DNA of 50,053 nucleotides from NCBI GenBank assembly GCA_021161425.1, contig JAGHAQ010000041.1, positions 1 through 50,053 of the forward strand, read 5' to 3'. Both the position numbers and the translations under genes were made by a program. The stretch comes from Candidatus Tharpella sp. GTDB taxonomy: Bacteria > Desulfobacterota > Anaeroferrophillalia > Anaeroferrophillales > Tharpellaceae. Below, piece by piece: positions 39,195 to 49,464 of the stretch (the first letter of the stretch is position 1; every line of letters starts with the position of its first letter). The notes under the pieces were generated by a model that was given only the letters and a program-made list of their open reading frames with translations, ran no database searches and was not told the origin of the DNA.

Positions 39195-42100
39195 TGGCCG
39201 GTTTCCTTCAAGATCCGATCTCAATAATCAATCTTATCTCTGACAATCTCCGCGATCGTTACAGCAGATTTCAAGTTTTAAAGGAAATCATTCAAAATGC
39301 TGATGATGCAGGGAAAGGCAACCTAAATATCCACTTAGAATATGGTATTGTCAACGGTTTATCCTCCGCTGAGCACCCACTTCTCCAAGGACCAGCTCTA
39401 TTCTTTCTTAATGATGGTACGTTCTCTGATTCTGATGAAAAAGCTATACGTTCATTCGGTCTGAACCAAAAAGCAGAGGATGCAGCCTCTATTGGAAAAT
39501 TTGGCTTAGGCATGAAGAGTGTTTTTCACTTCTGCGAAGCCTTTTTCTTCTTGGCGCAAGATAATAATAAATCTTATTCAAATATTCTCAACCCTTGGTC
39601 GGGAAGTGATGATTTTAAATCAGTGCATGAAGATTGGGAAGGGTTTACGAAGAGTGATGCTGAGCTGATAAGAAATCGCTTGACCCGAGTTTTTGATAAC
39701 TTGGAAGAAAAGCGAGAATCCTACTTTCTAATATGGCTTCCACTACGTATGAGAAAGCATCTCCAAGTTGATGAAACTGAAGTTGGTAGTATTGTTTCAG
39801 AATTTCCCGGTGATGATGCCCGCCAACTAGCTTTTCTGGATGAAAATATATTACCACAAAAACTTGCTGCCCTGCTCCCTTTACTACGTTGCCTGGAAGG
39901 TATAAGATATTGGCGTGAACAAGAAACTGGCGATCTTGAACCGGCCTTTCACATTCTTCTAAAAGATTATTCCGCACGGATTAAAGGTTTTAAAGAGGAA
40001 AACTGCAGTTTCTCTTTTAGCGGTGAAGTCGAATATTTTGTTGGCAACGACAAGCCATCGTTGCAATCATATCACGGTAAAGAGAGTTTTTTACAATCTA
40101 AAACCCTCTCCTCACTTAAAAAATCCGACTTATGGCCCAAAAGCTACGTGCGTGACGAAAATGGTATTAGCCAAGAAGCCCCCGACAAAGCCAAGCCCCA
40201 TTGCGCCGTATTTTTTTCGCGTTCACCAACCATACAGAAAAGTGAATTAAGACTACGCTGGGCCGTTTTCCTGCCGGTCAAAGCGGGAGAAGAAAATATT
40301 CAGTGTAAAGGTGATATTTCTTTTCGTTTGTTTTTACACGGCTATTTTTTTGTTGATGCAGGCAGGACGGATATTGACGGATTACAAGATAATTCATCAT
40401 CAATAACTTTAAACGGCCAGCTAAAAAACGAAGCTGATCTTCGTAAAACTTGGAATATCTATTTGGCCGAAAAAGGTATCTTAAGGTTGATTTTGCCAGC
40501 CTTGGGCGAATTTACAAGAAAATCGAGACTTTCCTTTCTTGAAATCTATAATCTCTGCACAGCACTTAAAGAAACAAATCTTTTTTGCGAAAAAAGAGAG
40601 CTTATTTGCAATTCATATCAGTGGCTGTGTACTATTACGCCCACCAAACAAGTGTGGAAACTTGTCCCCAGAGACAAAAAAATCCTTCCTTTGCCAACAC
40701 CTCCTAAATCAGTATCTGAGAGACCATGGCAAACATTTACAAAACTTCAACACTTAGACAATGATGTTGTCTTTATTTTAACTAATGTACCGCATTTGAT
40801 GTGCTCTCGTTTACCTCAATGGGATGAAACCGACCTTGAAATATTTCTTGATTCTACTGTTGTAAAAAATTTCAACGACCAGGGCCGTTTGGAATATATG
40901 TTAGATTTTTTGTTCAGTAACGGCGTTAGACCTTTTCTTAAACTACCATCTTTACAAAACAAACTACAGGAACTTCTCCGACAGGCTTTCATCGAATTTG
41001 GTGATGACCTCCGTCAATATCGTCAAAAGATTCATCAATATGTTTCTCTAATTCTACCGGAAAGAAGATATGTTATTAATAATGTTGACCAGAAAATATT
41101 TTGCCAACTCCAAAAAAGTCGAACTGATTGTCTTGTCCTGAATAACTATTTTGATGCAACGGAAAATCCTGGCAAAGCTGATCTCTCTTACGAAGACAGT
41201 CTAAAACTTTTTCATCAACTAAACGATTTAATTCTCAAATACAGCAATACTGAAGATCAAGAAATTGTAAATTCATGCCGAGTGATCATTCGGAAAATAT
41301 TGCAATCCATCAAAGAGGAAGATCGCCATAGACTGCTTAATAGTTCGGCAACCACTTTAAAATTATTAGAAGGGTACGATTGCCAAAACGACACCCTTAA
41401 GTCTCTTTCTGCCGAGGAAATTCGGAAATGTATGAATGATGGTTTATTATTTATTTACTCCTCGGGTATAAATGACCGGCAAAAACATGGACTGGCACCA
41501 AAGTTACAAAAAGTAGTCAAAGGTCGAGTTTTACTGATTCCTAGCGAAACGGGCAAATTACTTTTTGGTTCAAACCATAGTTTATTACCTTGTCATTCAA
41601 ACAGTATACTTAATTGTCTTGGATCGCGAGAACAACGATTGCAATCAATAGAAAACCGGCTAAATTTACTGGCAGATGTTGCCGGTGCTGATCTTCTATC
41701 AGAACAACGTGTACGAGGATTGCGGTACCTTCTCCACGGTACTGAAGACCGATTTTACGATTGTTCTACACTATGGGTTTCCGGACATGAACAAAGTCCT
41801 GTTTGGATAAAACTCTGGCAACAGGTTAAAGAAACCGAAAAAGATAACTGGAATTTACTGGAGAGAACACTGGTCGGTAAAATTCCATCAGATAAATGGA
41901 CAGATCTATCAATCCGAGAAATCAAACCTGAAGGAATTCTGGGTGAGCTTAGAAATAAGGGTACAGATGTTTTAACAGGTAATCTTTTCAACCTGGACGA
42001 GCGTAATGCTGTTCTAAAAGAACTTATCAGTGATGAGCAGCTTTGGAAACAGTTACCGTTTCATGAAACGGTAAGCGGATGCTTGGTCAGCATAACAGAA

Positions 42101-45100
42101 AAGTCTTATCTCGAAACAGGTATTTACCTGCCCGATGAATTGCAAGACCATGTCAACATAATCAAACCTTCAGATGACTTTACCATCAGTAGACAACAAC
42201 GTGATTGGCTTATCCCTCTTTCCAAGCAAGACGTAATCAAAACGGCTTTAAAATATGATCAGGCTGTAAATTTCTGGCAACTGATAATGGACAACCTTGA
42301 GCACCCCAGTTTGGACGCCGACCTAAACTATTTGTTGCGTAATGCCGCTTGGATACCCGACGTCAATTACAATCCTGTAAAGCCATCAGAGGTAATCTAT
42401 CTTGAAAGTATGCAGGATGAGGTAGACAGATTGTTGGTGGCTGCTCGTAACATTTTCTGGTCACCCAGCAAACTGCACAAAAAAGTGCAAAACCACCCAT
42501 CCTTTGCAATGCTTAAGGAATCCTATTTTGCAAAAGATCACGAGGGGCTTGAGCAATTTGGTCTACTGTTGGGCGAAACAGAAGAATATCATATCGGCAA
42601 CTTTGGCAAAGGGGATAATTTCAAACGAGTACTCACTGTATGCTCCCGTATTCCCTTGAACCTGAACCTTCCAGGGTGGACGTTGCTATCCAATGCTTCT
42701 AAAATTTACTCGTTGGATATAATTGAAGAACACCTTTTGCCGGAAATGTTAAAAACAGTCAGCATGGGGAAGATCTTCAACACATTAAAATGGTTGCAAA
42801 ATGAGCACGTCAGAACCGGCCAAAGTGAAAAGAAAAATGTTTTAGTTGCTTTTAACGCATATCTTTCTGCCTTTGTTAATGAGGGTGGAAGCAATCAAGA
42901 TCTTTTCCAATTTCACTTGTTGAACCATGAAGAAAGATGGAAACCAACCAATCAACTTTGTGTCGAGGTCCAAGGTGTTTCGGAAGCCTTTTTGTTGGAT
43001 TCTGTTCAAAGAAAAATTTTATCTAAAATTATTTTTTCAGGTGATCAACATTTCCAAAATAATGTTATTCAACTGAATGCCAGAATTGATGACACTAAAG
43101 AATCTCCAAAACACATTAAGCAGTACTTTTCTCTCTGGAAAGGACTTGTAGCTGATGAAGTGATTTGTGCATTCATTACCCTGCTTGGAGATGACACGGA
43201 AATCTGCTCCCTGGCTAAACAATACCAAGGAAGGCATTCTGTCGATTGGATACGACATGAAATCCCCTGGAACCCAAGCAATTATTGGAGCATTAGCAAA
43301 CAGGAAGCATTTGCAAAACACAGAGTCGTCGTTAAAATTCACGATGACACAGTTGTTAAGACATATTCAATACGTGGTGATAAAATTGAGCTACCTGTAA
43401 GTAAAAATATTGATTCACTGTTTATAAATTGTGTTTTCGGTCTTTCTGCTGGAAGTTATAGAGTCTCAAAATTCAATTTAAGGAATTTTCACCCTGGAGA
43501 GAAAACGAGTGCTGAACTGACAAAACTTCTCAAATCTTCAGCTGAAATCATCTTGAAAGGTGCTTTCAAACAGGAAAACTATAATCTTGATTTGCTATGG
43601 CAAAAATTGGATAAATCAGAGCAACTTGACATTAAAGTAGCCCAAAGCCTCATTCTCAATCATATGCCATTTTATTTGAGACAATTGGGAATACATAAAC
43701 ACCCCATATTGCAGAACCTACTACATCAATGGCACGATGCCTGTTGTAGACAAGAAGAATATTATGATTCACCAAATAAAAGACAAAAATATGAGGATGA
43801 AAAAAGGATGCATTTGCAAAAGATACGTGATCTTTTGCTAAATGATGGGGCGGCTCAAAAGATTGTTTTGAATGCTGTTCGTGCAAAGATTAAAGACTTT
43901 CAGTATACGCCTGCCAGCATTCCTTTTGAATTATTTCAAAATGCTGATGATTCTATGGCAGAACTCGTAGAAATAAAATCACATCAAAATACTGTTCCAA
44001 GGAATGTTAAACGATTCTTGATCCTTGATGATGGTAAATCAATGACTTTCATCCATTGGGGAAGAGCTATCAATGCGGATGGTGGTGCCGGGTTTCCAGG
44101 ACGTAAAAGAGGATTCCATTATGATCTAGAAAAAATGTTGGTACTATCTTCTTCTGATAAATCTGAAAACAACAGGGTCACCGGAAAATTTGGCTTGGGT
44201 TTCAAAAGTGTTTTATTGGCTAGCGATAAACCAAAATTGATTAGTGGTCGCTTGTCAGTAGAAATTATTGCTGGTCTCTGTCCGATACTTCTTAAAAATA
44301 CAGGAGAGCTACGCCAAAAGTTACATGAACATTCACCAAGTAAACAATATCAGGGCACACTTGTAGAAATGCCATTAACCGAAGCATCATCATTAGATGT
44401 AATGGCGTTTTTTCCTGACCTGGCTGGTATCATGACCATCTTTGCTAAACAGATTCGCCAAATTGATATTCATGGGAAGCAAAGCCATTCCTGGGAATGG
44501 ATACCTGACATAATACCTTTATCAGATACAACTTGTCTTGAAATCGGTGAATTGAGCCTGCCAGGTAGTTCAAGACAAAAAGAATTGTTACTTTATTTCA
44601 GGATTGACAAAAGTGGGGTCTTGGTGGCTTTGGGGCCGAAAGGATTTCGACCTCTTCCAAATGAATTACCAGCGGTGTGGGTGGTTGCGCCAACGGGGGG
44701 GCAAGGTCCTGGTTTTTCCATTAATGGTTCCTTTGAACTTGATGCTGGGCGGGCCAACCTTTCCAGTAGCAGTGCTGGCAACCAGGAAATGGCTAAAAAT
44801 CTTGGACAATCTTTTGGAAAACTGCTCTCGGAACTCTACAACTTGACCGAAGATCAAAATCAGTGGGAAGGTATAAAGGGTAAATGTCGTTTAGAAAAAG
44901 ATCTTACTCCCTACCTCTTCTGGTCAAGTTTATGGGAAGTATTAGGTAGGGGATTGTCTTTCACAGGGGGAAATGAAGCAGTTCGCTTGGTTATAACGCA
45001 AGTATTAACTGAAGAAAGTGGCCTCGGCTATCTACTTAGACATTCCGATGCAATGCCGAATGGGCTATGGGGTAAATTTCAGGCCTTAACCAATCCGAAA

Positions 45101-46750
45101 AAGATCAAGACAGTTCTCAAGGGTTGTTTGGAACGGGAAACAGTTTTCAAAGGACTTTCAAGCTGGGAACCGTTAAAAAACATACTGACAGATCCAGGCT
45201 CTACAATTTCTGAATATACATACAATGTCGCAAGAAAGATTACATCAGATATAGGTCTAACAACTGATCAATGGCGTTTCGTACACCTTGATGATCTACT
45301 TAATGACTTCACATCAAGTGGCGGAGAACTAACACCTGAAGCGGCAACCGTGCTTGGAGGAACGCTCAACCATAGAAGCTTAGATCAGGATGAATTTAAG
45401 AAGGAAAAAGAGCAAATCATCAGGGCGTTAAGATCTTTTTCCTTCAAAGCCTTGGACGGTTCTCGGCAGCCATCCAGTAAGCTTCTGTTTCAAAACACTC
45501 ATAAGCGGGCAAATCCCGATGAAGCAAAGCGGGCGGCCTTTGCCCCGGACAGATATATTCTGTCTCCTGAATATGAAGCCAACTGTCTGGATCTCTTTTT
45601 TATCTGTCGCGAGAAGATCGCTATTCCGGCAGATGAAATGGTAACCTGGTTGCTTGACGCCTCGAACGATACAAAGAGAGAAAAAGGATTGAGCTATCTG
45701 CTGGAAGGTGAACATGGAAGAAGTACGGCAAAATCTTTGAGAGGACGCGGTTTACGTGGTACGTGGTTAGACGAGCTAAGTCCGACATCAACACTTCTCG
45801 CAGACTGGGCAGCAGATGATCGTATTGATCTGATTTGCAGAGATCTCAAATCGACAGATGAACTTCGCCAATTTGAATTTTCGGATGAAGAAGATTACTC
45901 TTTACTCGAAAATGAATTAGGCGGATATGCCCCCAAAGAGGTTTTACAGAAAATTTATTGCTGGTGGGCTGCCAACAAAAGTAAATATCTGTTCAAATAT
46001 GAACGCAAAACATATCCTGCAAATATCTCCATTACCTTCTTAGAAGATGATGTTGGCCGCATCGACAGAAAATCATGGTTGACATTGTTCAGTCTCTCCC
46101 ACTTTCATACAATTGGTCGCCAGAGAGACGTACAGCATAAAGGTTTTATTGATAAGTGTATAAGTAGGGGGTGGTGGGATACTTTTTCTAAAGAGCAACC
46201 AGATGAGAGATCTGATGAATGGATGAAGGTTTTGGAAGATTATATCAATGAACAGGTTGATGTAAGCGAGTATGAACTCTGGATGAATCATTTTCCAGCT
46301 ATCTATAAATTTGCTCGGTGGATGGAAGACTATAAAGAGGCATTTCTTTGTATCGAACGTATGGACACTTTAGATTCAAATACAATCGCTGGGATATTAA
46401 GGCCAAAAACAAATACCCAATTTCAGGGTGGCGGAATAAATGCCCCACCCAATGAAAAAAGTTTGGGAATCGGAGTGTGTTTTGTCCTGCGTGAACTAAA
46501 AAGAAAAAAAATCATTAATAATGACCTGGTTATCCCATACTGCTATGTCCCGACCAAAAGTATTCGGGATTTTTGTAACTTACTTGGCTGTAACGTGCTA
46601 TCGGAAAATGGCGGAATTTATAATTCCAAAAAGATTTATGATTTTCTTTACCAGCATTTAGATGAACAAGCTACATTCCTTGATTGTTACGATATACCAT
46701 TACGATTTGTAGCAAATGACCCCGATCTCCTTAAATCAATTTTGAATTAG
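39194..46750 (+). CDS. 2518-aa protein with two sacsin-type GHKL/HSP90-like ATPase modules
   Basis: Module 1: KEIIQNADDA, NDG.F, IGKFGLGMKSVF, HGYFFVDAGR. Module 2 (from about aa 1575): FELFQNADDS, HWG, TGKFGLGFKSV, NGSFELDAGR. The start overlaps the upstream stop (TAATG). Confidence 0.85.
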   Translation: MAGFLQDPISIINLISDNLRDRYSRFQVLKEIIQNADDAGKGNLNIHLEYGIVNGLSSAEHPLLQGPALFFLNDGTFSDSDEKAIRSFGLNQKAEDAASIGKFGLGMKSVFHFCEAFFFLAQDNNKSYSNILNPWSGSDDFKSVHEDWEGFTKSDAELIRNRLTRVFDNLEEKRESYFLIWLPLRMRKHLQVDETEVGSIVSEFPGDDARQLAFLDENILPQKLAALLPLLRCLEGIRYWREQETGDLEPAFHILLKDYSARIKGFKEENCSFSFSGEVEYFVGNDKPSLQSYHGKESFLQSKTLSSLKKSDLWPKSYVRDENGISQEAPDKAKPHCAVFFSRSPTIQKSELRLRWAVFLPVKAGEENIQCKGDISFRLFLHGYFFVDAGRTDIDGLQDNSSSITLNGQLKNEADLRKTWNIYLAEKGILRLILPALGEFTRKSRLSFLEIYNLCTALKETNLFCEKRELICNSYQWLCTITPTKQVWKLVPRDKKILPLPTPPKSVSERPWQTFTKLQHLDNDVVFILTNVPHLMCSRLPQWDETDLEIFLDSTVVKNFNDQGRLEYMLDFLFSNGVRPFLKLPSLQNKLQELLRQAFIEFGDDLRQYRQKIHQYVSLILPERRYVINNVDQKIFCQLQKSRTDCLVLNNYFDATENPGKADLSYEDSLKLFHQLNDLILKYSNTEDQEIVNSCRVIIRKILQSIKEEDRHRLLNSSATTLKLLEGYDCQNDTLKSLSAEEIRKCMNDGLLFIYSSGINDRQKHGLAPKLQKVVKGRVLLIPSETGKLLFGSNHSLLPCHSNSILNCLGSREQRLQSIENRLNLLADVAGADLLSEQRVRGLRYLLHGTEDRFYDCSTLWVSGHEQSPVWIKLWQQVKETEKDNWNLLERTLVGKIPSDKWTDLSIREIKPEGILGELRNKGTDVLTGNLFNLDERNAVLKELISDEQLWKQLPFHETVSGCLVSITEKSYLETGIYLPDELQDHVNIIKPSDDFTISRQQRDWLIPLSKQDVIKTALKYDQAVNFWQLIMDNLEHPSLDADLNYLLRNAAWIPDVNYNPVKPSEVIYLESMQDEVDRLLVAARNIFWSPSKLHKKVQNHPSFAMLKESYFAKDHEGLEQFGLLLGETEEYHIGNFGKGDNFKRVLTVCSRIPLNLNLPGWTLLSNASKIYSLDIIEEHLLPEMLKTVSMGKIFNTLKWLQNEHVRTGQSEKKNVLVAFNAYLSAFVNEGGSNQDLFQFHLLNHEERWKPTNQLCVEVQGVSEAFLLDSVQRKILSKIIFSGDQHFQNNVIQLNARIDDTKESPKHIKQYFSLWKGLVADEVICAFITLLGDDTEICSLAKQYQGRHSVDWIRHEIPWNPSNYWSISKQEAFAKHRVVVKIHDDTVVKTYSIRGDKIELPVSKNIDSLFINCVFGLSAGSYRVSKFNLRNFHPGEKTSAELTKLLKSSAEIILKGAFKQENYNLDLLWQKLDKSEQLDIKVAQSLILNHMPFYLRQLGIHKHPILQNLLHQWHDACCRQEEYYDSPNKRQKYEDEKRMHLQKIRDLLLNDGAAQKIVLNAVRAKIKDFQYTPASIPFELFQNADDSMAELVEIKSHQNTVPRNVKRFLILDDGKSMTFIHWGRAINADGGAGFPGRKRGFHYDLEKMLVLSSSDKSENNRVTGKFGLGFKSVLLASDKPKLISGRLSVEIIAGLCPILLKNTGELRQKLHEHSPSKQYQGTLVEMPLTEASSLDVMAFFPDLAGIMTIFAKQIRQIDIHGKQSHSWEWIPDIIPLSDTTCLEIGELSLPGSSRQKELLLYFRIDKSGVLVALGPKGFRPLPNELPAVWVVAPTGGQGPGFSINGSFELDAGRANLSSSSAGNQEMAKNLGQSFGKLLSELYNLTEDQNQWEGIKGKCRLEKDLTPYLFWSSLWEVLGRGLSFTGGNEAVRLVITQVLTEESGLGYLLRHSDAMPNGLWGKFQALTNPKKIKTVLKGCLERETVFKGLSSWEPLKNILTDPGSTISEYTYNVARKITSDIGLTTDQWRFVHLDDLLNDFTSSGGELTPEAATVLGGTLNHRSLDQDEFKKEKEQIIRALRSFSFKALDGSRQPSSKLLFQNTHKRANPDEAKRAAFAPDRYILSPEYEANCLDLFFICREKIAIPADEMVTWLLDASNDTKREKGLSYLLEGEHGRSTAKSLRGRGLRGTWLDELSPTSTLLADWAADDRIDLICRDLKSTDELRQFEFSDEEDYSLLENELGGYAPKEVLQKIYCWWAANKSKYLFKYERKTYPANISITFLEDDVGRIDRKSWLTLFSLSHFHTIGRQRDVQHKGFIDKCISRGWWDTFSKEQPDERSDEWMKVLEDYINEQVDVSEYELWMNHFPAIYKFARWMEDYKEAFLCIERMDTLDSNTIAGILRPKTNTQFQGGGINAPPNEKSLGIGVCFVLRELKRKKIINNDLVIPYCYVPTKSIRDFCNLLGCNVLSENGGIYNSKKIYDFLYQHLDEQATFLDCYDIPLRFVANDPDLLKSILN

Positions 46751-46759
46751 AGAGAAATT

Positions 46760-49429
46760 ATGCTTAAATTTTCCGCCGGACAAACCGTCTTTCATACTCA
46801 ATTCGGTACCGGACATGTTGAGTTCAATAAAGAAGAAACAGTTATTGTTCGCTTCGATCATGGTTTGGAAGAGTGTATTGCCGGGTCGCTGGAAATAAAG
46901 TCAGATATTGCTGAAAACATTGACAGAGGGAAGCTTTCATCGCCTACTGAAACGGCCTCCCGCGTTTTAGCTGAAGCTATTATTTCGGTAAATGATAATT
47001 GGGGGGTTTTTTCAAAATCAAGAATTGCCCTGCTTCCCCATCAGCTTTGGGTTTGTCACCGAGTTCTTCGGCAATGGCCGGCTCATTATCTGGTTGCTGA
47101 TGACGTCGGGCTTGGCAAAACCATTGAAGCTGGCCTTATTTTATGGCCTTTGTTGGCAAAAGGGCTGGTCAAACGTCTTCTGGTTATAAGCCCAGCCTCA
47201 CTGGTCGAACAGTGGCAATTTAGATTACGGGATATGTTTGATATCCGTCTAACCCGTTATCTTCCTGAGGCGGATACCGCCCGTTCAGATTTCTGGAACA
47301 CTCAAAACCAGATTGTTGTCTCTCTACAAACCCTGCGGGATGATCACAAGGGCCGTCATCAACGCCTGCTTGAGGCCGAGCCCTGGGATCTGCTTATTGT
47401 CGATGAGGCCCATCATCTAAATGCAGACAAAGATTCCGGAGCTACCCTGGGTTATCGCCTGGTAGATAATCTGGTTCGAAAAAATCTGACCAAATCCAGA
47501 ATATTTTTCACCGGCACACCCCATAAAGGCAAAGATTTCGGTTTCTTTGCCCTTCTGAAATTATTGCGACCTGATCGGTTCTCTCCAAACAAACCAATAC
47601 ATCAACAACTTCCCCACCTTCGTGACGTAATTATCCGCAATAATAAACAGAACGTTACGGACATGGAAGGTAAAAAGATTTTCAAACCGATAACGGTAAG
47701 CTCTGAAACCTATTCTTACACCGAAGAAGAAACATCCTTTTATAATATTTTAACAGACTTCATCACTTCAGGGAAAACATACGCTTCCTCCCTTTCCAGC
47801 AATGATCAGCGGGCGGTTATGCTTGTCTTAATCTCCATGCAAAAGCTTGCCTCAAGTTCAGTTGCCGCAATCAGAAAAGCTTTAACCGGACGCCTGTCAC
47901 GCTTAAAAGAAGCGGGTAACAATTTGCAACAGGCCCAGAAACGACAACAGGTTATCCGAGAAATTTTATCCCGTGCTGACGAATCAACCGTTTCATCTTT
48001 GACCGACGAATTGCAGAAACAAGATGAACTGGTTGCCGGATTATCATCGTCCCTGCCGTTGATGAAAGATGAAATCCCCTTATTGGAAATATTAGTAGAC
48101 GCAGCTGACAACATAACATACGAAACAAAAATCAAGAAAATTATCGAAATACTTGAAACTCGCTACCGTAATCGCGCAGTTCTTTTATTTACAGAATATA
48201 AAGCAACCCAGGCATTGTTGATGTCTGAACTAATGCAAAAGTTCGGCGATAATAGCGTTACTTTCATTAACGGTGACCATAGAGCTGAGAATGTAGCTGG
48301 TTCTGACGGTAAACTTCGGACAATCTCTCTCAAAAGAAATGACGCAGCCGATCTCTTCAATGATGGCAAGGTTCGTTTTCTGGTCTCTACTGAGGCCGCT
48401 GGTGAAGGTATTGACCTTCAGGAATCATGTTTTTCTCTTATTCATGTTGATCTGCCATGGAACCCGATGCGGCTTCATCAACGTGTAGGCCGTTTGAACC
48501 GGTATGGTCAAAAACATCCGGTTGAAGTCATTAACTTGCGTAATCCAGACACGGTTGAATCCCGTATCTGGGACAAATTGAATGAAAAAATCAGTAGCAT
48601 CATGCAGGCCCTGGGCAGTGCTATGGATGAACCTGAAGATCTGTTGCAACTGGTTTTAGGAATGGCGTCCCCTTCTTTATTTACAGAGCTTTTTACAGAT
48701 GGAGCAACTGTTCCGGCCGACCGGTTGGACAACTGGTTTGACACCAAGTCAAAAACATTCGGTGGAAATGATGCTATTGAAACCGTCCAGAACCTGATTG
48801 GCAACTGTTCCCGATTCGACTACCAGGATCTCAAAAGAATCCCAAAAAAAGACCTCGAAGACCTCCAACCTTTTTTTGAAACCATGCTCCTTTTGAACAA
48901 ACGGCGAGTATTACATGAGGATTCAGGTTTGTTATTTAAAACCCCGGATGAATGGTTGAAAGATGCCGGAGTCAGAAGGCGTTATGAAGACTTGGTTTTT
49001 TCTCGAGACTTAAAAGGGAAAGATGCGGCTCTGCGAGTTGTCGGCGTGGGACATAAAGTGTTTGATCAAGCTTTAATGCAAGCCGGCGGATACGATGCCT
49101 GCCTCACACAATTTTCCGACCTAGAAGAGCCATTGGTAATCTTTAAAATATTTGACCGAGTCACGTCCCAGGATGGTAATGTTCGACAAGTTATAATCGG
49201 CATTAAGGGTAATAAAGATGAAATATTGCAGGATTGGCAGCTGATAGATCTGATAAATCAATTGTTAAAGTCAAAAAAACCAAGTTCTGAAAGTGAAAAT
49301 CGTCTCGAATCACAGGCATTACATAGTATTATTAAAAACTCAGAAAATACCCTCAAGCAGCATATAGAAAGTTTGAATCTTCCCTTTAGCGTACCTGAGA
49401 TTAAACCTTTGGCCCTGTTCATACCTTAA
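46760..49429 (+). CDS. SNF2-family (RapA-like) helicase/translocase
   Basis: LLPHQ, LVADDVGLGKTIE, DEAHH, FTGTPH, TEAAGEGIDLQ and LPWNPMRLHQRVGRLNRYGQ motifs, with an N-terminal G..V.H..FG.G.V small domain. Confidence 0.92.
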   Translation: MLKFSAGQTVFHTQFGTGHVEFNKEETVIVRFDHGLEECIAGSLEIKSDIAENIDRGKLSSPTETASRVLAEAIISVNDNWGVFSKSRIALLPHQLWVCHRVLRQWPAHYLVADDVGLGKTIEAGLILWPLLAKGLVKRLLVISPASLVEQWQFRLRDMFDIRLTRYLPEADTARSDFWNTQNQIVVSLQTLRDDHKGRHQRLLEAEPWDLLIVDEAHHLNADKDSGATLGYRLVDNLVRKNLTKSRIFFTGTPHKGKDFGFFALLKLLRPDRFSPNKPIHQQLPHLRDVIIRNNKQNVTDMEGKKIFKPITVSSETYSYTEEETSFYNILTDFITSGKTYASSLSSNDQRAVMLVLISMQKLASSSVAAIRKALTGRLSRLKEAGNNLQQAQKRQQVIREILSRADESTVSSLTDELQKQDELVAGLSSSLPLMKDEIPLLEILVDAADNITYETKIKKIIEILETRYRNRAVLLFTEYKATQALLMSELMQKFGDNSVTFINGDHRAENVAGSDGKLRTISLKRNDAADLFNDGKVRFLVSTEAAGEGIDLQESCFSLIHVDLPWNPMRLHQRVGRLNRYGQKHPVEVINLRNPDTVESRIWDKLNEKISSIMQALGSAMDEPEDLLQLVLGMASPSLFTELFTDGATVPADRLDNWFDTKSKTFGGNDAIETVQNLIGNCSRFDYQDLKRIPKKDLEDLQPFFETMLLLNKRRVLHEDSGLLFKTPDEWLKDAGVRRRYEDLVFSRDLKGKDAALRVVGVGHKVFDQALMQAGGYDACLTQFSDLEEPLVIFKIFDRVTSQDGNVRQVIIGIKGNKDEILQDWQLIDLINQLLKSKKPSSESENRLESQALHSIIKNSENTLKQHIESLNLPFSVPEIKPLALFIP

Positions 49430-49464
49430 AATCAGGGCGAATCAATTATTTATAGTTGAAAATT

